Origin: an uncultured SAR86 cluster bacterium
GTDB lineage: Bacteria; Pseudomonadota; Gammaproteobacteria; Magnimaribacterales; D2472
Assembly: GCA_902591565.1 (NCBI GenBank)
Contig: CACJBC010000004.1
Span: forward strand, 1,333-65,332
Reading direction: 5' to 3'
DNA: 64,000 bases
The notes beneath the pieces are model-generated. The model had not been told where the DNA came from. It saw only the letters and a list, made by a program, of their open reading frames with translations, and did not search any database. Positions within the stretch are counted from its first letter, which is position 1, and every line of letters starts with the position of its first letter. Of this stretch, positions 20,962 through 30,749 are shown piece by piece. Position numbers and translations under genes: made by a program.

Positions 20962-22038
20962 CTATTTAGGTAAGATTTTAATTAATTTATTATTTGGACC
21001 GTCAGTAAGGAGATAAATATACCCTTTTGGTGAATCTTGAATATTTCTAAGTCTAAAATTCAAATCTGTAAATAAAGATTTTTGTATTGTTAAATCATTT
21101 ATATTAATTTGTTTAACATCTTTAGATACCAATGCGGTTATTAAAAAATTATTTTTTAGTTCAGGATAAAGATCTTTTTCATAAAAAATCATATCAGATG
21201 GTGCTATTGATGGAATCCAGGTAAATAATGGCTGTTCCATACCCTCTTTCTCAGTAAATGGACTTATAACAGCGCCTGAATAATCAATGCCGTATGTAAT
21301 TGCAGGCCAACCGTAATTTAATGATGGTTTTATTATATTAAGTTCATCGCCTCCTTTTGGACCATGTTCGTGTTCATATATCTCGCCAGAACTTGTAATT
21401 ACTAAGCCTTGCATATTTCTATGACCATATGAATATATGTCTGATAATGCATTTTTATATGATATAAATGGGTTATCTTGAGGAATCGAACCATCTCGAT
21501 TGATTCTAATAATTTTACCAAAATGATTATCTAGACTTTGCGCCTTCTCTCTATGATCATAACCATCGCCACTAGTTAAAAGTAAGGTCCCATCATTTAA
21601 AAAAGCAATTTTTGCACCCATATGTGCTGGCGATCTTCTATAAGCATTAGCTTCAAAAATAATCTTTCTATTTACCAGTTTATTATCTTTAAGTTCGGCT
21701 GAAGCTAAATAAAGAGTAATTTTTTTATTATCCTTTTTTGCAGAGTAGCTTATGTAAATTTTATTATTGGTATTAAAATCAGGATCTAAAACGACTTCTG
21801 AAAGACCTCCTTGACTTGAATATGCAACTTCTGGAATATTTGTAACATTAATAATAGATTTATTAGTCAGTGAAGCGATTCTTAATTTTCCAGGCATTTC
21901 AGTAAATAATATTTTATCTTCACTGAGAAAAACAAAGCTCCATGCATCATCTAAATTATCGAGAACAGTCTCAAACTTATATTCAGCAGATGAATGAATT
22001 GAGAATAAAAATAAAAATGAAGATAAATAAAATTTCAT
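20962..22038 (-). CDS. PQQ-dependent sugar dehydrogenase (Asd/YliI family)
   Basis: Signal peptide; QGGL, GKIIRIN.DGSIPQDNPF, YGHRNMQG, HEHGPKGGDELN and NYGWP motifs. Confidence 0.9.
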   Translation of the reverse strand: MKFYLSSFLFLFSIHSSAEYKFETVLDNLDDAWSFVFLSEDKILFTEMPGKLRIASLTNKSIINVTNIPEVAYSSQGGLSEVVLDPDFNTNNKIYISYSAKKDNKKITLYLASAELKDNKLVNRKIIFEANAYRRSPAHMGAKIAFLNDGTLLLTSGDGYDHREKAQSLDNHFGKIIRINRDGSIPQDNPFISYKNALSDIYSYGHRNMQGLVITSSGEIYEHEHGPKGGDELNIIKPSLNYGWPAITYGIDYSGAVISPFTEKEGMEQPLFTWIPSIAPSDMIFYEKDLYPELKNNFLITALVSKDVKQININDLTIQKSLFTDLNFRLRNIQDSPKGYIYLLTDGPNNKLIKILPK

Positions 22039-22202
22039 AATACTTATAATAAATATATATATTATAAATTATATTAAAAACCTATAAATAATCTTATAAA
22101 GATAACAGGTATAACCAAGGATAAAAATAATAGTAATAAGAATTTCCATTTATTCATAACTCATAATAATAGTATAAAAAATCTAGGTATAATTAACTTA
22201 TA

Positions 22203-22286
22203 ATGGATTATACGACTTATTTAATTGGGAATATTATTTTTATAGCCCTTCTATATTGGGTAGTAAAAAATAAAAATAAGTTTTAG
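22203..22286 (+). CDS. Putative 27-aa single-TM microprotein
   Basis: MDYTTYLIGNIIFIALLYWVVKNKNKF: hydrophobic core with basic tail. Confidence 0.35.
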   Translation: MDYTTYLIGNIIFIALLYWVVKNKNKF

Positions 22287-22314
22287 TATCAACTAAACTA
22301 TATAAAATATTATT

Positions 22315-22488
22315 ATGGAAACTGTTTTTATATATTCGATTATTTTTCTATTTATTGGCGGAATAATGTGGTCTTTTGAAGGTAGTAAATTCACCAACTA
22401 TACTCAAAATATGGGTATGTTGCTTTTTTTTAAATTTAGTAAATGGTTTTTTGTAATCCTTGCATTTGGGCTTCCATTTATGAACTAA
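22315..22488 (+). CDS. Putative 57-aa two-TM protein
   Basis: METVFIYSIIFLFIGGIMWSFEG...WFFVILAFGLPFMN; ends 13 nt before the next ORF. Confidence 0.55.
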   Translation: METVFIYSIIFLFIGGIMWSFEGSKFTNYTQNMGMLLFFKFSKWFFVILAFGLPFMN

Positions 22489-22501
22489 CGGATATGTATC
22501 A

Positions 22502-22843
22502 ATGAAAAAATTATTATCATTATCGTTTCTACTATTTTCTTTTAATGTATGGGCAGAGTATGATACAAAATGTTCTATTCTAATAACTAAAAGACTTCAA
22601 TCAGCTGAAGATGCATATAAAGATGCTATAAATAAGATAAATTTGTGCAAAAAATATGACATTTTGTCTATTACAAGCTTTTTAGAGGAACCAATTTCAA
22701 AAGTTTATATCACAGACCTCATTCAAACTTATTGTATGTTTAATCATGAAATAATCACTCTGTTGGATAAAAATACAAGTAATCTAAGTTGTGTTCATCG
22801 CGGTTTTCCACGAAATGAAAGAAAACTTATAATTAAAAACTAA
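22502..22843 (+). CDS. Hypothetical exported protein
   Basis: MKK-hydrophobic-VWA signal peptide; four Cys. Confidence 0.7.
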   Translation: MKKLLSLSFLLFSFNVWAEYDTKCSILITKRLQSAEDAYKDAINKINLCKKYDILSITSFLEEPISKVYITDLIQTYCMFNHEIITLLDKNTSNLSCVHRGFPRNERKLIIKN

Positions 22844-22916
22844 ATTTTATTTAACATAAATGTTGCTTTATGTAACATCTAGTCAATATTAACTTCATAT
22901 GTGGCTACTATATTTG

Positions 22917-22992
22917 CAAATGAAAGTACTCCTCAACATCTAATAGATACTTTCATTTGATGGCAGGAATAATCCCCTTACCTGCCATCAAA
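22917..22992. ncRNA. Twin-hairpin element, candidate sRNA
   Basis: Two perfect 12-bp inverted repeats (CAAATGAAAGTA/TACTTTCATTTG and TTTGATGGCAGG/CCTGCCATCAAA) with CTCCTC and TCCCCTT loops. Confidence 0.45.
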
Positions 22993-22994
22993 AC

Positions 22995-23375
22995 TTAAAT
23001 ACATAAATTACAGCCCATTAACACAAGAATTACTATTGATGGTAACCAAATTATTGGTCTAATCAGCTTATATTGATACAAATTTAAGATGGCTCCTATA
23101 AGATATAAAACCCTTAAGCCAAACCAAGCTTGAGCTAAGACTAAATTATCAACATTTAATATTATTGATAATAATGCAAATGCAAGAAAGATAGGCAGCG
23201 ATTGTCTTAGATTGTCGCTAGCCGAAGCCATTCGGGATGACAAAGATGTCATATTTGAAATGTCACCACCAGTATAGGTCCACTGAATAAATGGAACCTT
23301 GTGTAGCGATAAGGTCATAGTTAAAAACAAATGGATTAAATAAAAAAATCCAACACATATGATTAAATCAGACAT
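22995..23375 (-). CDS. MAPEG family membrane protein
   Basis: R...ASDNLRQSLPIF and WFGLRVLY motifs; GGGAGAG RBS before ATG 23375. Confidence 0.75.
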   Translation of the reverse strand: MSDLIICVGFFYLIHLFLTMTLSLHKVPFIQWTYTGGDISNMTSLSSRMASASDNLRQSLPIFLAFALLSIILNVDNLVLAQAWFGLRVLYLIGAILNLYQYKLIRPIIWLPSIVILVLMGCNLCI

Positions 23376-23418
23376 AAACTCTCCCAAATTATGTTTTAAA
23401 TATTATTTTATATTAATT

Positions 23419-25374
23419 TTAATATTTTAGATGTTTTTTAAGTTCATCTAAATAAGGATCATAATTTTTCCAATAATCCAAACCAGATGTATAAATAGGT
23501 TGACGAACCTGTTGAGCACTTGGAGTTTTTACAGACCTTTTACTTTTATAAAATTCTATACATGCATCTTCAAAAGGCAATTTACAATAATCTAAAATTA
23601 CCTTAACTGTATCTTCGAAATTATTTATTAGATCTTCATAATTTACGGATAATATTTGATTTGGTAAAACTTTATTCCAATGATCCATAAGATCAACATA
23701 ATTATTGTAATAGTTACCTAACCTTTCAAGGCTATAAGTAAATTCTTGACCCTCTGCAAACAACTGTTTGTAACAAGAAAAACAAGCTGACATAGAATTT
23801 CTTCTAATATCTATAATTTTTGCATTTGGTAAAATTAGTTTAATTAAGCCAATATGTCTAAAATTATTAGGCATTTTATCTATAAAATAGACCCCATCTT
23901 TTCTAAATACCTCTGAATCATTTATGTAGTTTTCACCTATCATCTTTAGTTGTGGCGCAGATAAAGATAACAGTATATCCGGATAGCGAGATTCTTTATT
24001 TTGAGCCTTTCTTAAGTTCAATTTATGCGAGATTGCTAAAATATTAGGTAATTCATGTGTTGCATCTACCTTGCTATGAGAGGCGAGTATTTGTTCAACC
24101 AAAGTAGAGCCTACTCTTGGCAAACCTAGAATAAATATTGGCTCATTTGATGAGTGACCCCAATTATTTTTAACTTCAAAGAGATCACTAGTACAGATTT
24201 CTATTTGATTAATACATTCGTTAGTAAAATCTTTAGTTTTATATTTAGTGTATGGAAGTTTTAAATCATTTCCTTGTTTGTAATGATTAAAAGATTTTTT
24301 ATAATCAGAAATATCTTCATAAGCCTTTCCAAGAGCAAAATGCATATATATTTTTTCTTCTTGATCAAGGTACTCATCTAATACCATCTCCTCAAGTTTT
24401 ATAATTTCATTATCATCAAATTTATAAGTTTTTAGATTTGCTAAGCTCCAATATGCATCTCCACAAAAATTGTTTATCTTATAGGATTTTTTATATGCAT
24501 TTATTGAATTATCTATCTCCCCAAAATTTTTATATAAATGACCGCACGATAGATGCAATTGATAATTAGAGGGATTATTGTTAAGAATGTTTTTATATAA
24601 GTTTAATGCATCTTGTTGGTTGTCAGTTTGTTGAAGTGTTACAGCATAAGTAATTTGAGCATTTATATCATTTGGAAATTTTTGATGCATTTTTTCTGCA
24701 AATTCAAGCGCTTGACCATATTTTTGTCGTTTAATTAAAATATTTATATATTGGATCAAGGTATCTAGATTATTAGCATCAAATTCTAAACAACTTTCAA
24801 GTAAAAATTCAGCATCGTCATAAACATGCAATTCAGAGCATATAGTTGCTAATAATTTCATTCCTTCAATATGATGAGGTGTATTTTGCAAATAATATCT
24901 ACAAAGATCATCAGCTTTTTTTAGTTTACCTTCATGTATGAAGCTCAGAACTGATTTAAGTTCAGGAGGTAAATTTTTTAAATAAATTATATTTTTATCA
25001 GCTACTTTTATTATCTCTTCTGAAGCATTTTCTAACCCCAGAATACCAAGCCATGAAGCTTGAAGTGAAGGATTATACTTAACAGCTCTTAGATATGCCT
25101 TTAATGCTAGTTCTTTATTATTAAGTTTAAAATAGTTATGACCAAATTCTTGGTACGCTCTTCCATAAGTGGTATTTATTTTTAATAAGTTTGATAATGA
25201 ATTTAATGCTTCTTCATATCTTTCTAAATATCTGAGATTAACGGACAAATAAAACCAATAATCTAACTCACTTAATTTTTTTTTATTTGATTCAATATAA
25301 TTAAGAGAAACCTTGAACTCTTTTGAAGATATTAATTCTCGTATTTTATTATTTACTTTAGTATCTGATTTCAT
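23419..25374 (-). CDS. TPR-containing sulfotransferase family protein
   Basis: N-terminal TPR repeats; PIFILGLPRVGSTL (5'-phosphosulfate-binding loop), FIDKMPNNF, YEDL and QVRQPIY motifs. Confidence 0.9.
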   Translation of the reverse strand: MKSDTKVNNKIRELISSKEFKVSLNYIESNKKKLSELDYWFYLSVNLRYLERYEEALNSLSNLLKINTTYGRAYQEFGHNYFKLNNKELALKAYLRAVKYNPSLQASWLGILGLENASEEIIKVADKNIIYLKNLPPELKSVLSFIHEGKLKKADDLCRYYLQNTPHHIEGMKLLATICSELHVYDDAEFLLESCLEFDANNLDTLIQYINILIKRQKYGQALEFAEKMHQKFPNDINAQITYAVTLQQTDNQQDALNLYKNILNNNPSNYQLHLSCGHLYKNFGEIDNSINAYKKSYKINNFCGDAYWSLANLKTYKFDDNEIIKLEEMVLDEYLDQEEKIYMHFALGKAYEDISDYKKSFNHYKQGNDLKLPYTKYKTKDFTNECINQIEICTSDLFEVKNNWGHSSNEPIFILGLPRVGSTLVEQILASHSKVDATHELPNILAISHKLNLRKAQNKESRYPDILLSLSAPQLKMIGENYINDSEVFRKDGVYFIDKMPNNFRHIGLIKLILPNAKIIDIRRNSMSACFSCYKQLFAEGQEFTYSLERLGNYYNNYVDLMDHWNKVLPNQILSVNYEDLINNFEDTVKVILDYCKLPFEDACIEFYKSKRSVKTPSAQQVRQPIYTSGLDYWKNYDPYLDELKKHLKY

Positions 25375-25381
25375 TTTTAAT

Positions 25382-25410
25382 AAAAAAAGGCCAGTATAAA
25401 CTGGCCTTTT
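25382..25410 (-). terminator. Intrinsic terminator after TonB-dependent receptor
   Basis: AAAAGGCCAGT/ACTGGCCTTTT stem with a T7 tract on the minus strand. Confidence 0.85.
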
Positions 25411-25427
25411 GATTCTAAATGTTTTTC

Positions 25428-27917
25428 TTAAAATTTACGAGAAATTCGAACACCAATATTTCTTGGTCTGTTAGTCGTAATTCTAGGAATATCATCCTGA
25501 TCGTTATAGTATAGATTTGCTCTTTCATCAGTAAGATTTCTTACAAAGAATTCTATATCAGTTTCATTGGCTGTCATTCCAAATGCTAAATCCATTGTTT
25601 GATATCCATCTTGCTCTAACACTTTTGCTGATTCAAATGAATTATATGTTTCATTTGCACTTTTATAAGCAAATTGGACATATGCTGGATTACCTTTATA
25701 TGACATATCCTTTCTTAATCTAACATTAAATTGTCGAGATGGTGACAATGGTAAAGGACTTCCAATGTCGACAATAGGAACTGTTTGTGAAACATCTTTT
25801 ACGATCTCAGTATCATTTAATGAAACAGCAGCATTCACTGTCCAGTCATCAGCAGGATACCACAGCATATCAGCTTCAAAACCACTAATTTCCGCATCTG
25901 CTGCATTTTCAACAAATGTAAGAATTGATATATTTGTTGGATCAAACTGAGATACTTGAATATCTGTCCAGTCAACCATGTAATATGTTGCATTAAGCCT
26001 CATTCTTCCATCATCAAGAACTGTTTTAATACCGAGTTCAGTATTTAAAACCTCATCTGATTCAAAAGTTGTAGCTACATTTGCTCTGAAATTATCGCCA
26101 GCTCCTTCACCACAATAACCTTCTGCAGATGGGTCTTTTTTGGCACATGAATTAACAAGTCCACCACCTCTATTATATCCACCAGGTCTGTAACCCTCAG
26201 ATTGAGTTAAATAGACTAATGTATCGTCATCGACTTTATAACTTGCTGTAAATTTAGTAATAGTATCAGATAGATTCAATGGATCAGCTGTATGACCACC
26301 TGAAGTATCATAATTTCTACCCCATTCGTCTTGAACTATTAAACCACCAAATTTAGATTGACCTTTATAATCAATATCTAAATCATAATTACGAGCACCA
26401 AATAATAAATCTAGTTTTTCAGTTAATGGAAATGTTAACTCAGCAAAGTATGCTGTTTGCTCATCATTTCTTTCAATATCATTAAAGAATCTATACTCTG
26501 GATCTCTAGGATTAGGATTGTTAGCATAAACACCAGTAATTATAGGGTTAGGACCAACTGTTGGATATGAATCTAGGAATCCAAGATATCCATAATCATT
26601 TTGAGTTTTAAGGTTACTCTCCTCAAGGAATACACCTGCTGTATATGAGAATGGTAAATTGCTGAGTTCATTTGATGAAACTCTAAATTCGTGAGTAGTT
26701 CTTTCATTGTTATCTAATAAATCTACCTGAACTGTACCTCTACCGCATGAACCAGCTACACCTGCTGTAGCATCTGCATATATACAGGTATAGTAAGGCA
26801 TATAACCACCAACATTAATATAACCAGAATAATCAACTGTTTGTTCAGCTTCTCTATCTAAAACAGAGCCTGTATAAACAACATCTAGCTTACCCATTCT
26901 TCCTTCTAAAGTTAAAGATGTTTGTGAAAATGAATCTTCTAATGTATCAGGAACATATCTCTGTACCTGAAGATCTCCAACAGCTGGATCATAGTCCCAT
27001 ACACCGTCAGCTTCAATTGTTTGATCCATGTGACTAATTAATAAATCCCAATCATCATTGATAGTATGTGCAGATGAAAGTCTAAATCCTTCATACGATG
27101 AATCATTAAAATCTGTTTCAACCAAATGAGTATTTGGAGTCTCAACATAGGTAGCTGCATTTGCATAATTTCCTAATGGACCACCGAATGCACCTTTGCC
27201 TTCAGAACTCCATACGCCCGCAACATTATCAATATAGCCACCGTTATTTGCATTATATAATACACCTCTTATAGCCCATGTATCACTCATAGGTACGTTT
27301 ATAAAAGCATCAAATGAAGAACTCATATCTCCGTTAGATGTATTAAATAGTGAGCCATTAAAACCACTTTCAGAAACTTCAAATTTAGGCTTATTTGTTA
27401 TAAGTCTTACAGTACCAGCTTGAGAACTTGCGCCAAAGAGAGTTCCTTGTGGTCCAGGAAGAACCTCAATACGTTCCATATCGGCTACATAAACATCCAA
27501 ATTACGACCAGGTACTTGAACTGGTTGTTCATCTAAATAAAGAGCAACATTCGGAGCAGAACCTTGAGCTGCTGATAAGAAAACATTTACTGGATCTACT
27601 GCAAGACCTCTAATATAAATTGTAGACTGACCAGGCCCTCTACCACCAGAAGTAACATTTGGTAAGTACTCAATATACTCATCAAAATTAGAAACATTCA
27701 TTTCTTTTAGCGTTTCTTCGGTAAGTGCAGTAACTGTTACTGGTATGTCTGATGCGCTTTCATCCTTTTTTGTAGCAGAAACTACAACTTCTTCAATTTG
27801 TCTATCTTGTGATTCAGCAGTTTGTGGAACAATAGCTGCAACTGAACCAAGAATGCCAATGGATAGTTTATTTGAATATTTAGTAAATTGTTCTTTTACT
27901 TTATCTAAATTAAACAT
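25428..27917 (-). CDS. TonB-dependent receptor
   Basis: TonB box EEVVVSATK, plug ERIEVLPGPQGTLFG, C-terminal PRNIGVRISRKF; AGGA RBS before ATG 27917 (track start 27983 is a TTG). Confidence 0.92.
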   Translation of the reverse strand: MFNLDKVKEQFTKYSNKLSIGILGSVAAIVPQTAESQDRQIEEVVVSATKKDESASDIPVTVTALTEETLKEMNVSNFDEYIEYLPNVTSGGRGPGQSTIYIRGLAVDPVNVFLSAAQGSAPNVALYLDEQPVQVPGRNLDVYVADMERIEVLPGPQGTLFGASSQAGTVRLITNKPKFEVSESGFNGSLFNTSNGDMSSSFDAFINVPMSDTWAIRGVLYNANNGGYIDNVAGVWSSEGKGAFGGPLGNYANAATYVETPNTHLVETDFNDSSYEGFRLSSAHTINDDWDLLISHMDQTIEADGVWDYDPAVGDLQVQRYVPDTLEDSFSQTSLTLEGRMGKLDVVYTGSVLDREAEQTVDYSGYINVGGYMPYYTCIYADATAGVAGSCGRGTVQVDLLDNNERTTHEFRVSSNELSNLPFSYTAGVFLEESNLKTQNDYGYLGFLDSYPTVGPNPIITGVYANNPNPRDPEYRFFNDIERNDEQTAYFAELTFPLTEKLDLLFGARNYDLDIDYKGQSKFGGLIVQDEWGRNYDTSGGHTADPLNLSDTITKFTASYKVDDDTLVYLTQSEGYRPGGYNRGGGLVNSCAKKDPSAEGYCGEGAGDNFRANVATTFESDEVLNTELGIKTVLDDGRMRLNATYYMVDWTDIQVSQFDPTNISILTFVENAADAEISGFEADMLWYPADDWTVNAAVSLNDTEIVKDVSQTVPIVDIGSPLPLSPSRQFNVRLRKDMSYKGNPAYVQFAYKSANETYNSFESAKVLEQDGYQTMDLAFGMTANETDIEFFVRNLTDERANLYYNDQDDIPRITTNRPRNIGVRISRKF

Positions 27918-28139
27918 ATATAAATTCCTATTTATAATTAATATAAATTGCGAATAAATAAAGATGTCCCCTGTTTCCCCCAAGAGAAGTTTAGCTTTAT
28001 TTAACGACCAGCAATTTCTGTAAATCGGTCTAAATTATATGATAACAGCAAAATTTGAGTATGCAAATTAATTAAGTCGATAAAAATTCTAGATAAATAT
28101 TTTTTTTTATGTTTCACTTAATTGAATATTTTTAAAAAA

Positions 28140-29621
28140 ATGAAAAATTTAAATAAACCAAGATTTCTTATATCTGTATTCTTATTACTATTCATAACAA
28201 CAGTTGTATATTTAAATTTAGATGCGTCTTCAGCATTTTTTTCATCAACTCAACTTTTATTATCAGAATATTTGGGATGGTTAATAATAATTATTGCTAA
28301 TGGTTTTTTAATATTTTCAACCTATTTAGTATTTAGTAGATTTCAACATATCAGGCTTGGTGGTTCTAGTGCCAGTCCTGCATACTCATATAGAACTTGG
28401 ATAGCAATGCTATTTAGTGCTGGTTTAGGTATTGGTCTTCTATTTTATGGTGTCGCAGAACCTATCGGCAATTTAAACGACTATCCAGGAATGATTGAAG
28501 GAAACCTTTCTTATAATGCAAGTAAAGCATTAAGTTTAGCTAATCTTCATTGGGGTCTTCATGGATGGGCTATATATTCTGCTCTAGGGCTATGTATTGC
28601 ATATACAACCTATAACAAAAATAAACCCTTCAGAGTAAGCTCTTTGTTAGGACAATCTGTTGAAAATAATAAACTCTTGGCAGCTACAATAGATATCATT
28701 GCAATTCTAACTACTATTACCGGCATTGCTACATCATTAGGTTTAGGAGCATCTCAGATTAGCGGTGGTTTAAATTATGTTTTTAATTTAAATGTTAGCG
28801 AAATGATATTAATAGCTCTAATTACAATTTTAGGATTAGTAAGTGTTTTATTAGGTTTGGATAAAGGTATTAAAAGACTTTCTCAATTAAACATGACAAT
28901 TGCAGGCGTTTTACTTTTAGCTATTTTAATTCTCGGACCAACATTATTTATTCTAAATTCTATAATTCAAAACGCGGGGGTATATCTAAATCAATTAATT
29001 CAAATGGCAACTTGGACAGAAGCTTATGATTCTTCAGTTTATCAAAATGCCTATACGTTATTTTACTTTAGTTGGTGGTTTGCTTGGGCGCCTTTTGTTT
29101 CCTTATTTATAGCAAGAATTTCATACGGTAGAACCGTTAAAGAATTTGTAGTTGGTGTTTTATTTGTTCCGTCTTTGATTGTTTTTATATGGATGGGGGT
29201 ATTTGGAAATGCAGCTATATATCAAGTTCTAAATAATATTGGAAATATAGCTTTAGCTGTTAGTGAGGATGTTACAACAGCATTATTTGTTTTATATGAT
29301 GCATTTTCATTTTCACTAACTCTTTCTACTTTAACTTTATTTGTAATTGTTACCTTCTTTGTAACTTCATCTGACTCAGGTGCTTTAGTAGCATCAATGC
29401 TCTCTTCTAAAAAAGGTGCAGAAATAGATGGGGATTCGCCATTAATTTCAAGAGCTACATGGGCAATACTTTTGGGTGTTCTAGCAGCAGTATTGTTAAA
29501 AGCTGGAGGATTGGGAGCGCTTCAAACTGCAGTTGTAATATTTGGAATACCTTTTTCAATAATTACTGTATTTGCATGTAGAGAGCTTTATAAATCTTTT
29601 AAAGAAGAAGTAATTAATTAA
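28140..29621 (+). CDS. BCCT family transporter (BetT/BetP-like)
   Basis: WIAMLFSAGLGIGLLFYGVAEP, HWGLHGWAIY, WWFAWAPFV and FFVTSSDSG motifs; start at 28122 or 28140. Confidence 0.92.
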   Translation: MKNLNKPRFLISVFLLLFITTVVYLNLDASSAFFSSTQLLLSEYLGWLIIIIANGFLIFSTYLVFSRFQHIRLGGSSASPAYSYRTWIAMLFSAGLGIGLLFYGVAEPIGNLNDYPGMIEGNLSYNASKALSLANLHWGLHGWAIYSALGLCIAYTTYNKNKPFRVSSLLGQSVENNKLLAATIDIIAILTTITGIATSLGLGASQISGGLNYVFNLNVSEMILIALITILGLVSVLLGLDKGIKRLSQLNMTIAGVLLLAILILGPTLFILNSIIQNAGVYLNQLIQMATWTEAYDSSVYQNAYTLFYFSWWFAWAPFVSLFIARISYGRTVKEFVVGVLFVPSLIVFIWMGVFGNAAIYQVLNNIGNIALAVSEDVTTALFVLYDAFSFSLTLSTLTLFVIVTFFVTSSDSGALVASMLSSKKGAEIDGDSPLISRATWAILLGVLAAVLLKAGGLGALQTAVVIFGIPFSIITVFACRELYKSFKEEVIN

Positions 29622-29773
29622 TCTATTTCTTCATCTAATTTTTTTAGTTCTTCATTATCCATGTCATCTTCAAAAATAAGTTGATCAGAATAATTATCGG
29701 TACTTCTATATTTTTTACCGATAATTAAAGCTATGACGACTAAAATTAAAATCAAACCAATTTGATACATCAT
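29618..29773 (-). CDS. Putative 51-aa membrane-anchored acidic microprotein
   Basis: AGGAT RBS; MMYQIGLILILVVIALIIGKKYRSTDNYSDQLIFEDDMDNEELKKLDEEID fills the intergenic gap. Confidence 0.6.
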   Translation of the reverse strand: MMYQIGLILILVVIALIIGKKYRSTDNYSDQLIFEDDMDNEELKKLDEEID

Positions 29774-29825
29774 ATGAATATCCTATATATAATTAGAAGA
29801 ACTAATATATATAACAAAACTACAC

Positions 29826-30377
29826 ATGGATGCAATAGATAATATATTAAATAGAGTTTCAGCAAGAACATTAAAAGAGCCTTTTCCATCCGAAGATGAA
29901 ATGTTCAAAGTTTACAAGGGAGCCTTGCGAGCTCCTGATCATGCTTGGTTGAGACCAAGTAGTTTTATTCAAGTAACAGGTGATGGTATTAATAAACTCT
30001 CAAAAATTTTTGAAGAATATGCTAAAACAATTCCAGAGATTAAAGATGAGATTTTGACTAAGTATAAAAATGCTCCATTCAGAGCTCCAATGATTATTAT
30101 TCTAGTAAATACAATTAAAAATCATCCAAAAGTTCCTAATATAGAACAAAAATTATCAACAGCAGCATCTGCACAAAACATTCTTCTATCTTTAAATGCA
30201 CTTGGATACTCTGGTATATGGAGAACTGGAAAATTAGCATTTAACCCATTTATAGCATCGAAATTAAATCTTACTGAAAACCAAGAAATTCTTGGATATC
30301 TTTATGTGGGTACTCCAGATGGTACGAATAAAAAAATACCAGAATTAGAAATTGATGATTTTGTTAGTTATTTATAA
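29826..30377 (+). CDS. Nitroreductase family protein (YdjA-like)
   Basis: RVS, ALRAPDH..LRP, RAP, GIWRTG and GYLYVGT motifs. Confidence 0.9.
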   Translation: MDAIDNILNRVSARTLKEPFPSEDEMFKVYKGALRAPDHAWLRPSSFIQVTGDGINKLSKIFEEYAKTIPEIKDEILTKYKNAPFRAPMIIILVNTIKNHPKVPNIEQKLSTAASAQNILLSLNALGYSGIWRTGKLAFNPFIASKLNLTENQEILGYLYVGTPDGTNKKIPELEIDDFVSYL

Positions 30378-30749
30378 ATTATTTTGTTTATAAATATAAG
30401 CGGCTGTAAATGCCATGAATGTAAATATTATTTCTGATATCAATGAAGCAACTGCAATATTAGTGTCATAATTAATTGATGTAAGGACATTAAAAATAGC
30501 TGCAATTAAAAAAACTATTCCTGCACTAAATATCCATTGATATTGTTTGGTTATATATGAAAGAAATGACATTATAGTTGTACCAAGAAAAAAAGCAGTA
30601 AAGTCTCTTACTTGAGTATTCCTTGCATCGCCCTCCATATATATCATGCTTAATGAATTTGCTGCAGCTTCGGGTGAGAATATCCACTGAGCTGAAATTA
30701 TTCCAAGAATTAAAGTTAAAACTATTGATAATATATTTGCTATTTTCAT
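30372..30749 (-). CDS. Four-TM membrane protein (DUF4345-like)
   Basis: W.FSPEAAA.SL...G..R.TQ..DF.AFF pattern; four hydrophobic segments. Confidence 0.65.
   Translation of the reverse strand: MKIANILSIVLTLILGIISAQWIFSPEAAANSLSMIYMEGDARNTQVRDFTAFFLGTTIMSFLSYITKQYQWIFSAGIVFLIAAIFNVLTSINYDTNIAVASLISEIIFTFMAFTAAYIYKQNNL

Noticed and set aside
22956-22992. Ordinary bidirectional terminator
   Set aside because: T runs precede and A runs follow the stem on both strands, the opposite of terminator polarity; reported instead as a candidate ncRNA.
19625-23400. Prophage or genomic island integrated at tRNA-Ser
   Set aside because: No integrase and no duplicated tRNA 3' end seen; the variable-looking DNA is on the tRNA 5' side.
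27918-28066. Cobalamin or TPP riboswitch ahead of the TonB receptor
   Set aside because: No B12-box or TPP (CUGAGA, ACCUG) consensus visible; kept only as an unknown structured leader.
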